IMG/VR virus record: IMGVR_UViG_3300027704_000021
Location: 3,088 to 67,087 of that record
DNA length: 64,000 nucleotides
Reading direction: 5' to 3' (one strand)
Source of the DNA: a virus
Below, piece by piece: positions 9,738 to 19,018 of this stretch. A program made the translations under genes and the position numbers. How positions within the stretch are numbered: the first letter of the stretch is position 1; every line of letters begins with the position of its first letter. Below the pieces are notes generated by a model that was not told where the DNA came from, did no database searches, and saw nothing but the letters and a program-made list of their open reading frames with translations.

Positions 9738-10847
9738 ATGATAGATGCACTAAAAACACTTTTTGAAAATGACGTGGTATCATCTGAAATCAAGGCTGAG
9801 ATTGAAGAAGCATGGAATAGCAAGATTCAGGAAAACAAAATGCAGGCAACTGCTGAGTTACGTGAAGAATTTGCTACAAAGTATGAACACGATAAAGAGA
9901 CTATGGTCGAAGCTATCGATAACATGCTGTCTGAGCGACTTCAAGAAGAAATTGCAGAGTTTGCTGACGACCGCAAACAACTTGCAGAAGCAAAAGCGAA
10001 GTATGCTGTTGCACAACGTGAGAATGCAAACTTACTCAAAGGTTTTGTTGCTGAGCAATTAGTAAACGAAATCAAAGATTTACATGAAGACAAAAAGGTT
10101 ATGGCTGATAATTATGCCAAACTAGAAGAGTTTATTGTAGATGCCTTGGCTAACGAAATATCCGAATTCCAAGAAGACAAAAAAGACTTAGCCGAAACCA
10201 AGGTACGCCTTGTACGTGAAGCTAAGAACCACTTTGCTAAAGTTAAGAAAAACTTTATCGAAAGAAGTGCTACAGCAGTATCTGAAATGGTTGGTAAATC
10301 ACTGAAAGGTGAAATCCACGCATTGAAAGAAGATATTGACACAGCACGAAAAAATGACTTCGGTCGTAAAATCTTCGAAAGCTTTGCTTCTGAATATGGT
10401 ACTAGCTACCTAAATGAAAATTCAGAGACTGCTAAACTAATTAAAGTTGTTGACATGAAAAACAAGCAACTTGACGAAGCGAAACAGTTTGTAAAGAAGG
10501 CGAAAGCAATCGCTGAATCAACACACGCAGATAAAAAGCGTATTGTTGAAGCAGCAACAAGAAAAGACTTAATTAGCGATTTACTTGGGCCATTGGCAAA
10601 AGATCAACGCGAAATTATGACAGATTTACTGGAATCAGTTCAGACCGTGAAATTAAGAACACAGTTTGACAAATACCTACCAGCGGTAATCGACGGTAAT
10701 ACTCCAGCTAAGAAGGCTAAATTAACAGAAGGCACTGAAGTAACAGGCAACAGAAAACAAACTACAACTAGTTCATCACAGCAAGCAAGCGTAGATACGT
10801 CAAGCGACAACGTCGTTGACATCAAACGTTTAGCTGGTTTAAATTAA
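9738..10847 (+). CDS. gp22: Prohead core scaffolding protein (T4 gp22-like)
   Basis: Coiled-coil Glu/Lys-rich protein between protease and major capsid genes. Confidence 0.85.
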   Translation: MIDALKTLFENDVVSSEIKAEIEEAWNSKIQENKMQATAELREEFATKYEHDKETMVEAIDNMLSERLQEEIAEFADDRKQLAEAKAKYAVAQRENANLLKGFVAEQLVNEIKDLHEDKKVMADNYAKLEEFIVDALANEISEFQEDKKDLAETKVRLVREAKNHFAKVKKNFIERSATAVSEMVGKSLKGEIHALKEDIDTARKNDFGRKIFESFASEYGTSYLNENSETAKLIKVVDMKNKQLDEAKQFVKKAKAIAESTHADKKRIVEAATRKDLISDLLGPLAKDQREIMTDLLESVQTVKLRTQFDKYLPAVIDGNTPAKKAKLTEGTEVTGNRKQTTTSSSQQASVDTSSDNVVDIKRLAGLN

Positions 10848-10857
10848 GGAGATAATT

Positions 10858-12030
10858 ATGTCAGAACTACTAGAAAGCCGCTGGCAGGATACGAAAACTG
10901 CACTTTTGGAAGGCCTACAAGGCAACAAAAAAGGCGTAATGGCTACCACTTTAGAAAATACCCGTAGGTATTTGTCTGAAACAGCCGTTGCAGGTACAAC
11001 ATCCGCCGGTAATGTCGCAACTCTTAACAGAGTTATCCTACCCGTCATCAGACGTGTAATGCCAACCGTTATTGCTAACGAATTAGTTGGTGTTCAGCCT
11101 ATGACAGGTCCTGTGGGTCAAATCCACACGCTACGTGTTCGTTATTCGGATACGTTCAACGCAGGTGCATCAGGTGCAACTGCTGGTGAAGAAGCACTTA
11201 GCCCGTTTAAAATTGCTGAGTCTTATTCAGGTACAACTGCTGGAGTAGCTGCTAACACAGCCGTTCTAGAAGGCGCACCTGGTAATAAGCTTTCGATCCA
11301 AATCTTAAAGCAGACAGTTGAAGCGAAAACTCGTAAGTTGAGTGCTCGTTGGACTTTTGAAGCTGCTCAAGATGCACAATCAATGCATGGCATTGACGTT
11401 GAAGCAGAAATTATGGCTGCTTTAGCACAAGAAATTACAGCTGAAATTGATCAGGAAGTAATTTCGAGTCTAACTACTCTTGCTGGTACAGCAGGACAAA
11501 ATTATGACCAAGCAGCGGTATCTGGTACTGCTACTTTTGTTGGTGACGAGCATGCTGCTTTAGCTGTTCAAATCAACAGAGTATCAAACCAAATCGCTCA
11601 GCGTACACGTAGAGGCGCAGGTAACTGGGCTGTTGTTAGTCCTTTTGCACTAACAATTCTACAGTCTGCTACAACTTCAGCGTTTGCAAGAACAACTGAA
11701 GGCACTTTTGAAGCTCCAACTAACACTAAGATGGTTGGTACTTTGAATAATGCAATGAAAGTATATGTTAACACATATGCTGCAGACAACGCTAACATCA
11801 TTGTTGGTTACAAAGGCTCTAGCGAGTCTGATGCGGCAGCATTCTATTGCCCATACATTCCGCTAATGTCCTCAGGTGTAGTACTGGATCCAGGTACATT
11901 TGAGCCAACAGTAAGCTTTATGACACGTTACGGTTATGTGGAGTTAAACAACACAGCATCGTCACTTGGTAATGCAGCTGACTATCTTGGTGCAGTATCT
12001 ATTGAATCAGGAAACGTTAACTTTAGTTAA
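10858..12030 (+). CDS. gp23: Major capsid protein (T4 gp23-like)
   Basis: GVQPMTGPVGQI, VEAKTRKLSARWTFEAAQD, AFYCPYIPL, FMTRYG. Confidence 0.96.
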   Translation: MSELLESRWQDTKTALLEGLQGNKKGVMATTLENTRRYLSETAVAGTTSAGNVATLNRVILPVIRRVMPTVIANELVGVQPMTGPVGQIHTLRVRYSDTFNAGASGATAGEEALSPFKIAESYSGTTAGVAANTAVLEGAPGNKLSIQILKQTVEAKTRKLSARWTFEAAQDAQSMHGIDVEAEIMAALAQEITAEIDQEVISSLTTLAGTAGQNYDQAAVSGTATFVGDEHAALAVQINRVSNQIAQRTRRGAGNWAVVSPFALTILQSATTSAFARTTEGTFEAPTNTKMVGTLNNAMKVYVNTYAADNANIIVGYKGSSESDAAAFYCPYIPLMSSGVVLDPGTFEPTVSFMTRYGYVELNNTASSLGNAADYLGAVSIESGNVNFS

Positions 12031-12055
12031 TTTTACTTTGATAAAATAATAGATT

Positions 12056-12086
12056 AAAATAGGCCCTTTAGGGGGCCTATTTTTTT
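12056..12086 (+). terminator. Rho-independent terminator after the capsid gene
   Basis: AAAATAGGCCC-loop-GGGCCTATTTT followed by a T-run. Confidence 0.9.
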
Positions 12087-12110
12087 GACTAGATAATATA
12101 AGGAATACAC

Positions 12111-12278
12111 ATGGACGTAGTATTAGTAGTAGGTTTGTTTTTAACCTTGTTTATATTCGAACCAGGTAATAAAAAGATAAATGCTTATTGTAAGCAAGCA
12201 GTAATAGATAAAGAGTTTGAATCTCGAAAGTTGTGTTGGGATTATTATACAGATTATCGTGAAGATATTCCAAATTAA
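12111..12278 (+). CDS. Small 55-aa protein with hydrophobic N-terminus and two Cys
   Basis: Manual translation MDVVLVVGLFLTLFIFEPGNKKINAYCKQAVIDKEFESRKLCWDYYTDYREDIPN*; RBS AAGGAA; below the ORF-track length cutoff. Confidence 0.7.
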   Translation: MDVVLVVGLFLTLFIFEPGNKKINAYCKQAVIDKEFESRKLCWDYYTDYREDIPN

Positions 12279-12292
12279 ATGTAATTTAATGG

Positions 12293-12321
12293 TTGACAAC
12301 TATTCCTTTTAGTGCTATTAT
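12293..12321 (+). promoter_or_regulatory. Sigma70-type promoter driving a non-coding transcript
   Basis: TTGACA (12293-98), 17 bp, TATTAT (12316-21) with extended TGn. Confidence 0.85.
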
Positions 12322-12327
12322 ATATGT

Positions 12328-12540
12328 ATAGCTTAGGAGATATCCTTTAGTTAGATAGTGCAAGGAACAAGCAACCGCAGCGTTGTGAACTTGGCTAGCA
12401 CCTGTAGTGGGACTGTATGAGCGTAGAGATACGAAGATATAGATTTTGGACTTAACGGTTCGATGTTAGGCTCTCCGAACTTAGAAATGAGTTGCTAAGG
12501 AGTTGTTGGTAATCATTAATCCCAACCTATCACCTTATTT
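12328..12540 (+). ncRNA. Candidate structured ncRNA, about 200 nt
   Basis: No listed ORF; own promoter; multiple nested stems closed by GATAG/CTATC; GAGA tetraloop and T-loop-like GGTTCGAT. Confidence 0.7.
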
Positions 12541-12671
12541 AGAAGTCCATCCCACACTTTTTCTTTTACTCCTAATGATAAATACATTGTCAAAGAGAGA
12601 ACCTCTATGATGAGGACTTATGCGGGCCCACCGTGTAGACCTAGAACGTCAACTTATTAAGGAGAAAAACA

Positions 12672-13307
12672 ATGGGAAGACCAATTAATAAAAAACACAT
12701 CGGAGACGGTGCTGGAAAGATTCAAGTAACAGCAGTGAGATTTGCAGCCGGCGCAGAAATAGCAGCGGCAACAGAGTCACATATTGTGTCACAGCGTTCA
12801 ACTAACAAGTTTAACGTTACTGACGGAACCAAGACTGAAGTTTGTACACTAGTTAACAAAACACCTGGAGCGTTAGCTGCAAGTGAATTTTGCATTAACG
12901 TTGCAGACAGTGCAGGTGTTACTAAGCAGATTACTAAACTTCGCAACAGAACAATGCAAGTTGAAGGTGGTACATCATACGTAGGAAATGCCAAATGGGC
13001 TAGAACAGCCGCAGGCAAAAGTGCAGCACAGGAAAGACCAATCACAGGTGCAACAGCAGCTAATCCAGTTGTTATTACATCTAACGGTCACGCTCTTGCA
13101 AACGGAACTAAAGTTTCGATTCGCGGAGTAGTTGGCATGGTAGAGCTTAACACTGCAACTGCATACACAGTAGCAGGTACTGCAACAAATACTTTCCAAT
13201 TAGCAGGTATTAACGGTAGTGGATTTACTGGATATACATCAGGTGGTGTAGCAACAGTAGCAGCAACAGAAACTGGCGGCATTGTAGTCGACGCTCAAGC
13301 TACATAA
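12672..13307 (+). CDS. Virion structural/decoration protein with C-terminal FCCH-like beta domain
   Basis: ITGATAANPVVITSNGHALANGTKVSIRGVVGMVELN; late promoter and strong RBS. Confidence 0.6.
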   Translation: MGRPINKKHIGDGAGKIQVTAVRFAAGAEIAAATESHIVSQRSTNKFNVTDGTKTEVCTLVNKTPGALAASEFCINVADSAGVTKQITKLRNRTMQVEGGTSYVGNAKWARTAAGKSAAQERPITGATAANPVVITSNGHALANGTKVSIRGVVGMVELNTATAYTVAGTATNTFQLAGINGSGFTGYTSGGVATVAATETGGIVVDAQAT

Positions 13308-13320
13308 TAGGATATATTGA

Positions 13321-14280
13321 ATGTCTAAGTATGTAAATGTACCATCAGGAAATTATAGTCTTGCTGTACAAAACAGCGGAACTATTACACTCAATACTGG
13401 TCCTCAAGTAGGAACAGTAATAATTACGGGTGACTTAACTGTGCAAGGTAGTACTACTACAGTTACTTCAGAGAATTTAGAGATTAAAGATAATATCTTA
13501 ACACTAAATTCAGGAGAAAATGGAGCAGGTATTACACTTAATGATTCTGGTTTAGAAATGGATCGTGGTACATATGTTAATGCGTTATTTACATTTAATG
13601 AAAACATTCAATGGTCTGATCCTGTAACGGATACTACAAAAACCGGCGGCTTTGTTTTTAAAGATGCAAATAATGCGTTAATAGGTATTAGGACTAATAA
13701 CATCAATACTGGTGGCGGTGATTTATATTTAATAAACGCCGGCACTGGTACTGTTAGTGTTACTGGTACAGTAGATTACGAAGATAACGTTTCAGATGAC
13801 GACGATCTTACTAATAAAAAATATGTTGATGATGCTATTACTAATGCGTTTAGTACTGTTAATATATCTACAATTGGACAAGGTAATGTAGGAACACAAA
13901 CAGCTATTGCTATTGCAGACGTAGATGTTTCTGGCGTACCTAGTTATATTGATTTTGCTATTGACGGTGTTGCTAATACTAGACTTTATGAAGATAGACT
14001 TGAACTACCAGAGGTTAGAATAGTAGGTTCACTGATTGAAACTACTTCTAGTAACCAAGACATGATTATTAGTTCTCCAGGAACTGGTGTAGTACAAGTT
14101 GATGATACTCTGCATATAAGACAGGCAGTATCAACTCCAACAGCACCTGCAGATGGAAACAAACTTTATATGGCTACTGAAGCGTATGGACAAACAGGAA
14201 TGTTTTTCGTAAATGCACAAGGTACTAGGGATGAACTAATAAGTAAGAATAGAAGCATACTTTATAGTATGATATTTTAG
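13321..14280 (+). CDS. Fibre/appendage structural protein
   Basis: ITGDLTVQGSTTTVTSENLEIKDNILTLN fibre motif and NKKYVD motif. Confidence 0.7.
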   Translation: MSKYVNVPSGNYSLAVQNSGTITLNTGPQVGTVIITGDLTVQGSTTTVTSENLEIKDNILTLNSGENGAGITLNDSGLEMDRGTYVNALFTFNENIQWSDPVTDTTKTGGFVFKDANNALIGIRTNNINTGGGDLYLINAGTGTVSVTGTVDYEDNVSDDDDLTNKKYVDDAITNAFSTVNISTIGQGNVGTQTAIAIADVDVSGVPSYIDFAIDGVANTRLYEDRLELPEVRIVGSLIETTSSNQDMIISSPGTGVVQVDDTLHIRQAVSTPTAPADGNKLYMATEAYGQTGMFFVNAQGTRDELISKNRSILYSMIF

Positions 14281-14288
14281 GAAAAAAC

Positions 14289-14654
14289 ATGGCAATTATA
14301 TCCGCACAAGTAAAAACAACAAACACTGACATACTAGACCCAACTGGTGTAGGTTCGCCTGCAGGCGCAGTACCAACTGGAAAAACGTATGCAATTACAA
14401 ATATGATAATTTGCAATAACAGCACAAGTGCTGCTGCAACACTTGATATTCATTTAGTTAAGAGCGGTACCGCACTATCTAATGCAGTAACAAGAATAGC
14501 ACATGACTTATCGTTGCCAGCAAAAGAAACATTTACATTTGACACTGAAAAAATTATTTTAGATGCAGGTGATAAAATTGTGCTTATTGGCTCGCCCGAC
14601 ATTGGAGCAGGATTGTCTAATTTGTCTGCAACTGTAAGCTATTTGGAAGTCTAA
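14289..14654 (+). CDS. Small beta-rich virion adaptor protein (paralog 1)
   Basis: EKIILDAGD..SATVSYLEV resembles the C-termini of 18288 and 28681. Confidence 0.6.
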   Translation: MAIISAQVKTTNTDILDPTGVGSPAGAVPTGKTYAITNMIICNNSTSAAATLDIHLVKSGTALSNAVTRIAHDLSLPAKETFTFDTEKIILDAGDKIVLIGSPDIGAGLSNLSATVSYLEV

Positions 14655-14656
14655 AA

Positions 14657-15178
14657 ATGAGATTCCTTAAACAACAAAGTACTAACACACGTGGCACAAT
14701 TGGCACTGGTATTAGGTACACTACTAATAATCAAGCAGTTATTGATGGAACAGAAGCAATTGTTGTACCAATAGGAACAACAGGTCAACGCCCGTCATCG
14801 GCTATTAATGGACAAATTCGATATAACACAACAAACAATGAGTTTGAAGTTTATGAGAATAATGCGTGGAAGAATTTAAGATACGCTGAACCAAACCCAG
14901 TTGGAATTACACAACAAAATGTAGGCACAGGTGATGGCTCAGAAACTACATTTGGACCATTAGCAAGCGGAGATGCAGATTATCCAGTTCCGGCAGCTGC
15001 ACAAAATGTTTTAGTATTAATAGAAAACGTTTTTCAAATTAGTACAACAAACTATACACTTGTACAAAATCCAAGTTCAGGGCCAGGAGCACCTTATGCT
15101 GCAGGCTATTACATTGTCTTTGGAACAGCAGTCCCAACCGGCAAACCAGTAACAGTTATACATAACTTCGATAAGTAA
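14657..15178 (+). CDS. Fibre-associated structural protein
   Basis: VPIGTTGQRPS..GQIRYNTT..FEVY motif. Confidence 0.65.
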   Translation: MRFLKQQSTNTRGTIGTGIRYTTNNQAVIDGTEAIVVPIGTTGQRPSSAINGQIRYNTTNNEFEVYENNAWKNLRYAEPNPVGITQQNVGTGDGSETTFGPLASGDADYPVPAAAQNVLVLIENVFQISTTNYTLVQNPSSGPGAPYAAGYYIVFGTAVPTGKPVTVIHNFDK

Positions 15179-15207
15179 TTCCTATAAATATAGTATAGGA
15201 GTTAATA

Positions 15208-16677
15208 ATGGCGCTAGGTAGAATTGGTGGAGGCGTTCTAAAAGATAATTTAGAACGCAACGGATCAAACTTAAATTTTAAAAATACAAGCGGCGCTGTT
15301 GCATTACTCCATCTTGACGTTGTAAATTCAAGAGTTGGAATTAATACAGAATCTGCAGCATCTGGGTATTCACTAACATTACCGACTCCTTTATACACAC
15401 AACATTTTAATGCAGACTATGTTAATACTCAAAACTGGACTATTGATACTAGCAGGATATATCAAAATAGCGGAGATATAAATCTTAGCGGAGCAAACAG
15501 TGTATTCCTTTCTGGACTACTAACAGACAACTTAACAGTTAGACAGAATACAATTAGATCTAATCAATCTAATGAAACTATCAGTTTAGAGCCTAGTGGA
15601 ACAGGAACAGTTGAAATATTTTCAGATTGGAATTCAACTGGTGATATACATGCAAGCGGAAATATAACCTTCGGTGGTGACTTAGTATTAGGTGACGATG
15701 ACGATGACACAGTTACTTTTCAAAGCGATGTAAATAGTCATATACTTCCTGATGTTAATGATGTATCGGAATTAGGTGCGTCTGGTAAAAACTGGAATGA
15801 GTTACGTGCATCTACATTAAACTCTGCATCTGTTGCAACGCTAGGACTTAATGTTAATACAAATGTAATAACAGCAACTCAACTTAATACTAATTTAAAC
15901 TTATCTCACACAGTTAGTGGTAAAAAAGTTGACGCTAATTTAGTACTACTTAAAAATGGCACTATATCAACCGCAGGAATAACTTTAGGATTTGATGTAA
16001 CAAATGAGTTAAGTATTATATCAACTACAGCATTAACTCTACCAATAGGTGATAGTTTAGCTCGCCCTACTACTGAAGGCGGACTTAGATTTAACAATGC
16101 TACAACTTTGTTTGAAGGCAGAGCAGATACAGGATATATGCCACTAGGAGGAGTATACTCAGATGATAGTCAAACTAGTTTAACTGCTCACCCTACTAAT
16201 GATACTATACTATTTCGTGCAAACAACACTACTTCTGGAGTAGTAAACTCAACAGGAATAGAGCTAAATGCGTTACAAGTTGATGACGTTAATTTTAACG
16301 GAAGTACTCTTACTACTACAACAACTGATACTAATCTAAACTTAGTACCAGCAGGAACTGGAAAAATAGTTATTGATAATATTACTTTTAATAGTGATGG
16401 TACTATTACTAATACTACTAATGCTGTATTAACTATTGATCCTACAGGACAAGGCTATCATAAAGTATTAGGAACTAACGGATTTGTAATTCCTTATGGT
16501 ACTGACGGCGAACGCTGGGTTGCACCTGCAATAGGTGATACTAGATGGAATACTGATTTGTCAATTTTAGAAACTTGGAACGGCACACAATATATTGGTT
16601 CAGCAGGAGCCAGCGGTACAGTTACCGCAGAATACGCTGCTGATCTCTTCTTACAATATACAATTATACTAGGTTAA
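15208..16677 (+). CDS. Fibre protein, paralog of 16817
   Basis: N-terminus MALGRIGGGVLKDNLERNG; L.P.GTG.V repeats; two P.G...RP..G..R.N motifs. Confidence 0.7.
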   Translation: MALGRIGGGVLKDNLERNGSNLNFKNTSGAVALLHLDVVNSRVGINTESAASGYSLTLPTPLYTQHFNADYVNTQNWTIDTSRIYQNSGDINLSGANSVFLSGLLTDNLTVRQNTIRSNQSNETISLEPSGTGTVEIFSDWNSTGDIHASGNITFGGDLVLGDDDDDTVTFQSDVNSHILPDVNDVSELGASGKNWNELRASTLNSASVATLGLNVNTNVITATQLNTNLNLSHTVSGKKVDANLVLLKNGTISTAGITLGFDVTNELSIISTTALTLPIGDSLARPTTEGGLRFNNATTLFEGRADTGYMPLGGVYSDDSQTSLTAHPTNDTILFRANNTTSGVVNSTGIELNALQVDDVNFNGSTLTTTTTDTNLNLVPAGTGKIVIDNITFNSDGTITNTTNAVLTIDPTGQGYHKVLGTNGFVIPYGTDGERWVAPAIGDTRWNTDLSILETWNGTQYIGSAGASGTVTAEYAADLFLQYTIILG

Positions 16678-16816
16678 TTAATCCCCCATTTCGATAAATA
16701 CTATTGCTGCAACGTATGACCTTACATGCAGTGACACACTGTGGTTAACCAGCAAAGAGCCCTTAGGGGATGAGAGTTTGGCTAGAGGGACAGGATCCCC
16801 GTATTGAGGAGAGAAG

Positions 16817-18283
16817 ATGGCTATTGGTCGCATTAGTGGTCCGCTCTTAAAAGCAAATCTACTTCGTGAGGGAGTAAACTTAGCTTTTGAGACAGATTTA
16901 CTATATCTAGATGTTAATAACAGCCGCGTTGGTATCAACAACGCAAGCCCCCAATACGATTTAGATGTTACAGGAACAACCAGAACACCCGGTCTACAAG
17001 TTAGTGGAACTGCTTCTATTGGCAATGTACAATTTAGTGGAAGTACAATTAGTACAACCGCTAACACACTTGTATTAGGAACAGCAGACAACGTTGTTTA
17101 TAACAAACGATTAACTATTGACACAATTGATATTACAGATAATATCATTTCAACAAACGCATCTAATGCAAATATAGAATTTGTTCCGAACGGTACTGGT
17201 ACTGTTGAAATAATCGGAAACACAAATGTTCACGGAAATATTACAGCAACAGGAAATATTACAGCAAATGGTAATATTACTATTGGTGATGCTGATACTG
17301 ACAACGTAACATTTAATGCTGACGTTGCAAGTAACATTATACCAGATATTACTAACACATATAATTTAGGGTCTGCTACAAAGAAATGGAACAATGCATA
17401 TATTAATGATGCTATAGTTACACAAGCAAACGTAGGTGACATAAACATTGTATCATCTACTATACAAACATCAGTTTCAAATGCAAACTTAGAGTTACGT
17501 GCAAATGGCACAGGTAGTATAGTAGTAGATGATTTAAGTTTTAAAAATGCAGTAATTACAAGTACAGGCGACCTTACACTTGCTCCTGCAAACGGAAATG
17601 TAAGTATAACAGGAACAGGATCATTAAAACTTCCTGCTGGTACAACAGCTCAACGCCCAACTGCTGCTCCTGGTAAATTAAGATATAACAGTGATACAAA
17701 CAGCTTTGAAGGATACAATGGTTCTAACTGGATTGTACTTAACGGTGTGCAAGACCTTGATGGCAATACTAATGTTACAGCAGAATTAACACCTGGTGCA
17801 AATGACGATACTATAAGATTTAATATTGCTGGTAGTACAATAGTAGATATCACTAGCACACGTTTAAATGCTCCAAAAGTAACTGTAGATGACATAGTAA
17901 TTAATGGAAGTACTGTTAGTACTATTACTGCTAATACAGATTTAAACTTAGATGCAAACGGCACAGGTAGCGTAGTATTTGATAGTACGCTAAGTATTAA
18001 AGACAATACTATAACAAACTTAACTAATAATGGAATAACTACTTTTGCCCAAAGCGGCACAGGCTATTTAAAATTTGCAGGAACAGGTGGATTTGTTATG
18101 CCTGTAGGAACATCAGCACAACGTCCTGCAGCAGTTGAAACCGGAATGATGAGATATAATACAGAAGAATCAAGAGTAGAAGTTTATGACGGATCGTGGG
18201 GATCGGTTGCTGGCGCTGGTGCAGGTATTTCTCAAGGCGATGCTGAAAATATTGCATTAGAATTAATCATAAGTTTAGGATAA
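16817..18283 (+). CDS. Fibre protein, paralog of 15208
   Basis: N-terminus MAIGRISGPLLKANLLREG; same length (488 vs 489 aa) and repeat pattern. Confidence 0.7.
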   Translation: MAIGRISGPLLKANLLREGVNLAFETDLLYLDVNNSRVGINNASPQYDLDVTGTTRTPGLQVSGTASIGNVQFSGSTISTTANTLVLGTADNVVYNKRLTIDTIDITDNIISTNASNANIEFVPNGTGTVEIIGNTNVHGNITATGNITANGNITIGDADTDNVTFNADVASNIIPDITNTYNLGSATKKWNNAYINDAIVTQANVGDINIVSSTIQTSVSNANLELRANGTGSIVVDDLSFKNAVITSTGDLTLAPANGNVSITGTGSLKLPAGTTAQRPTAAPGKLRYNSDTNSFEGYNGSNWIVLNGVQDLDGNTNVTAELTPGANDDTIRFNIAGSTIVDITSTRLNAPKVTVDDIVINGSTVSTITANTDLNLDANGTGSVVFDSTLSIKDNTITNLTNNGITTFAQSGTGYLKFAGTGGFVMPVGTSAQRPAAVETGMMRYNTEESRVEVYDGSWGSVAGAGAGISQGDAENIALELIISLG

Positions 18284-18287
18284 TAGA

Positions 18288-18617
18288 ATGGCAACAACGT
18301 TTAGAAATAAAGTAGTAAAAGACATTGGAACTATGAAAATAGTTGCAATAACAACTAACGGTAGTACACGCTCAACGATTATTGGAATTAGCCTAGCAAA
18401 TACAACTAGGGGTGCAGTAAGTGTAAGCATACTAATTGGTGACGATGCAAGCAGTGAAGGGTATTATTTAAAAGATGTATTCTTGCCACCTAACTCAACA
18501 CTAAAACCGTTAGGGCCAGCAGAGAAATTAATTTTAGCACCAACTAACACATTACTATTGCAGTCAAACAAAGAAAACTCAGTTGATGCTGTTATAAGTT
18601 ACGTAGACATTGTTTAA
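18288..18617 (+). CDS. Small beta-rich virion adaptor protein (paralog 2)
   Basis: EKLILAPTN..DAVISYVDIV. Confidence 0.6.
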   Translation: MATTFRNKVVKDIGTMKIVAITTNGSTRSTIIGISLANTTRGAVSVSILIGDDASSEGYYLKDVFLPPNSTLKPLGPAEKLILAPTNTLLLQSNKENSVDAVISYVDIV

Positions 18618-18627
18618 GGAAAAGTAA

Positions 18628-19005
18628 ATGGCATATATAGGAACATCACAAGAACAATATTTCCTACAAAATGGGGAGAGATATTTTTACGGGTTGCGTA
18701 GGACTGATAACGGTGAATTATTTTTATCTAAAATAGATCAACTAGATCAAGACGATATGGTACAGATTAATAAGATTGGCGATCCTACACAAAACTTTCC
18801 TAACTTTGAACAAGGGCAACAGTTTTTTGAAGGTAGAGATTACGTACATAATTTAGTGTATGAAAATCTTAATTACGAACAATTTAAGCACGATGACAGA
18901 GACATTTTTTATTATGTTAATGATGAAGGTGAACTATGTCTAAGAGTTAACGAAGACCACACTTATGATGATGGCTCATCATCAAGCGGCGAAACAGTAT
19001 ACTAG
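18628..19005 (+). CDS. Hypothetical structural-module protein
   Basis: 125-aa ORF with RBS in the fibre operon. Confidence 0.7.
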   Translation: MAYIGTSQEQYFLQNGERYFYGLRRTDNGELFLSKIDQLDQDDMVQINKIGDPTQNFPNFEQGQQFFEGRDYVHNLVYENLNYEQFKHDDRDIFYYVNDEGELCLRVNEDHTYDDGSSSSGETVY

Positions 19006-19018
19006 GTAGGAAAAACTA

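Noticed and set aside
12400-12535. tRNA, tmRNA or group II intron remnant
   Set aside because: D- and T-loop-like words are present, but there is no cloverleaf, acceptor stem with CCA, tag ORF or proper domain V hairpin.
12602-12650. Hammerhead ribozyme (TGATGAG...GTC) in the 12672 leader
   Set aside because: Lacks the exact CUGAUGA and GAAA core and the three-stem junction; kept only as a structured leader.
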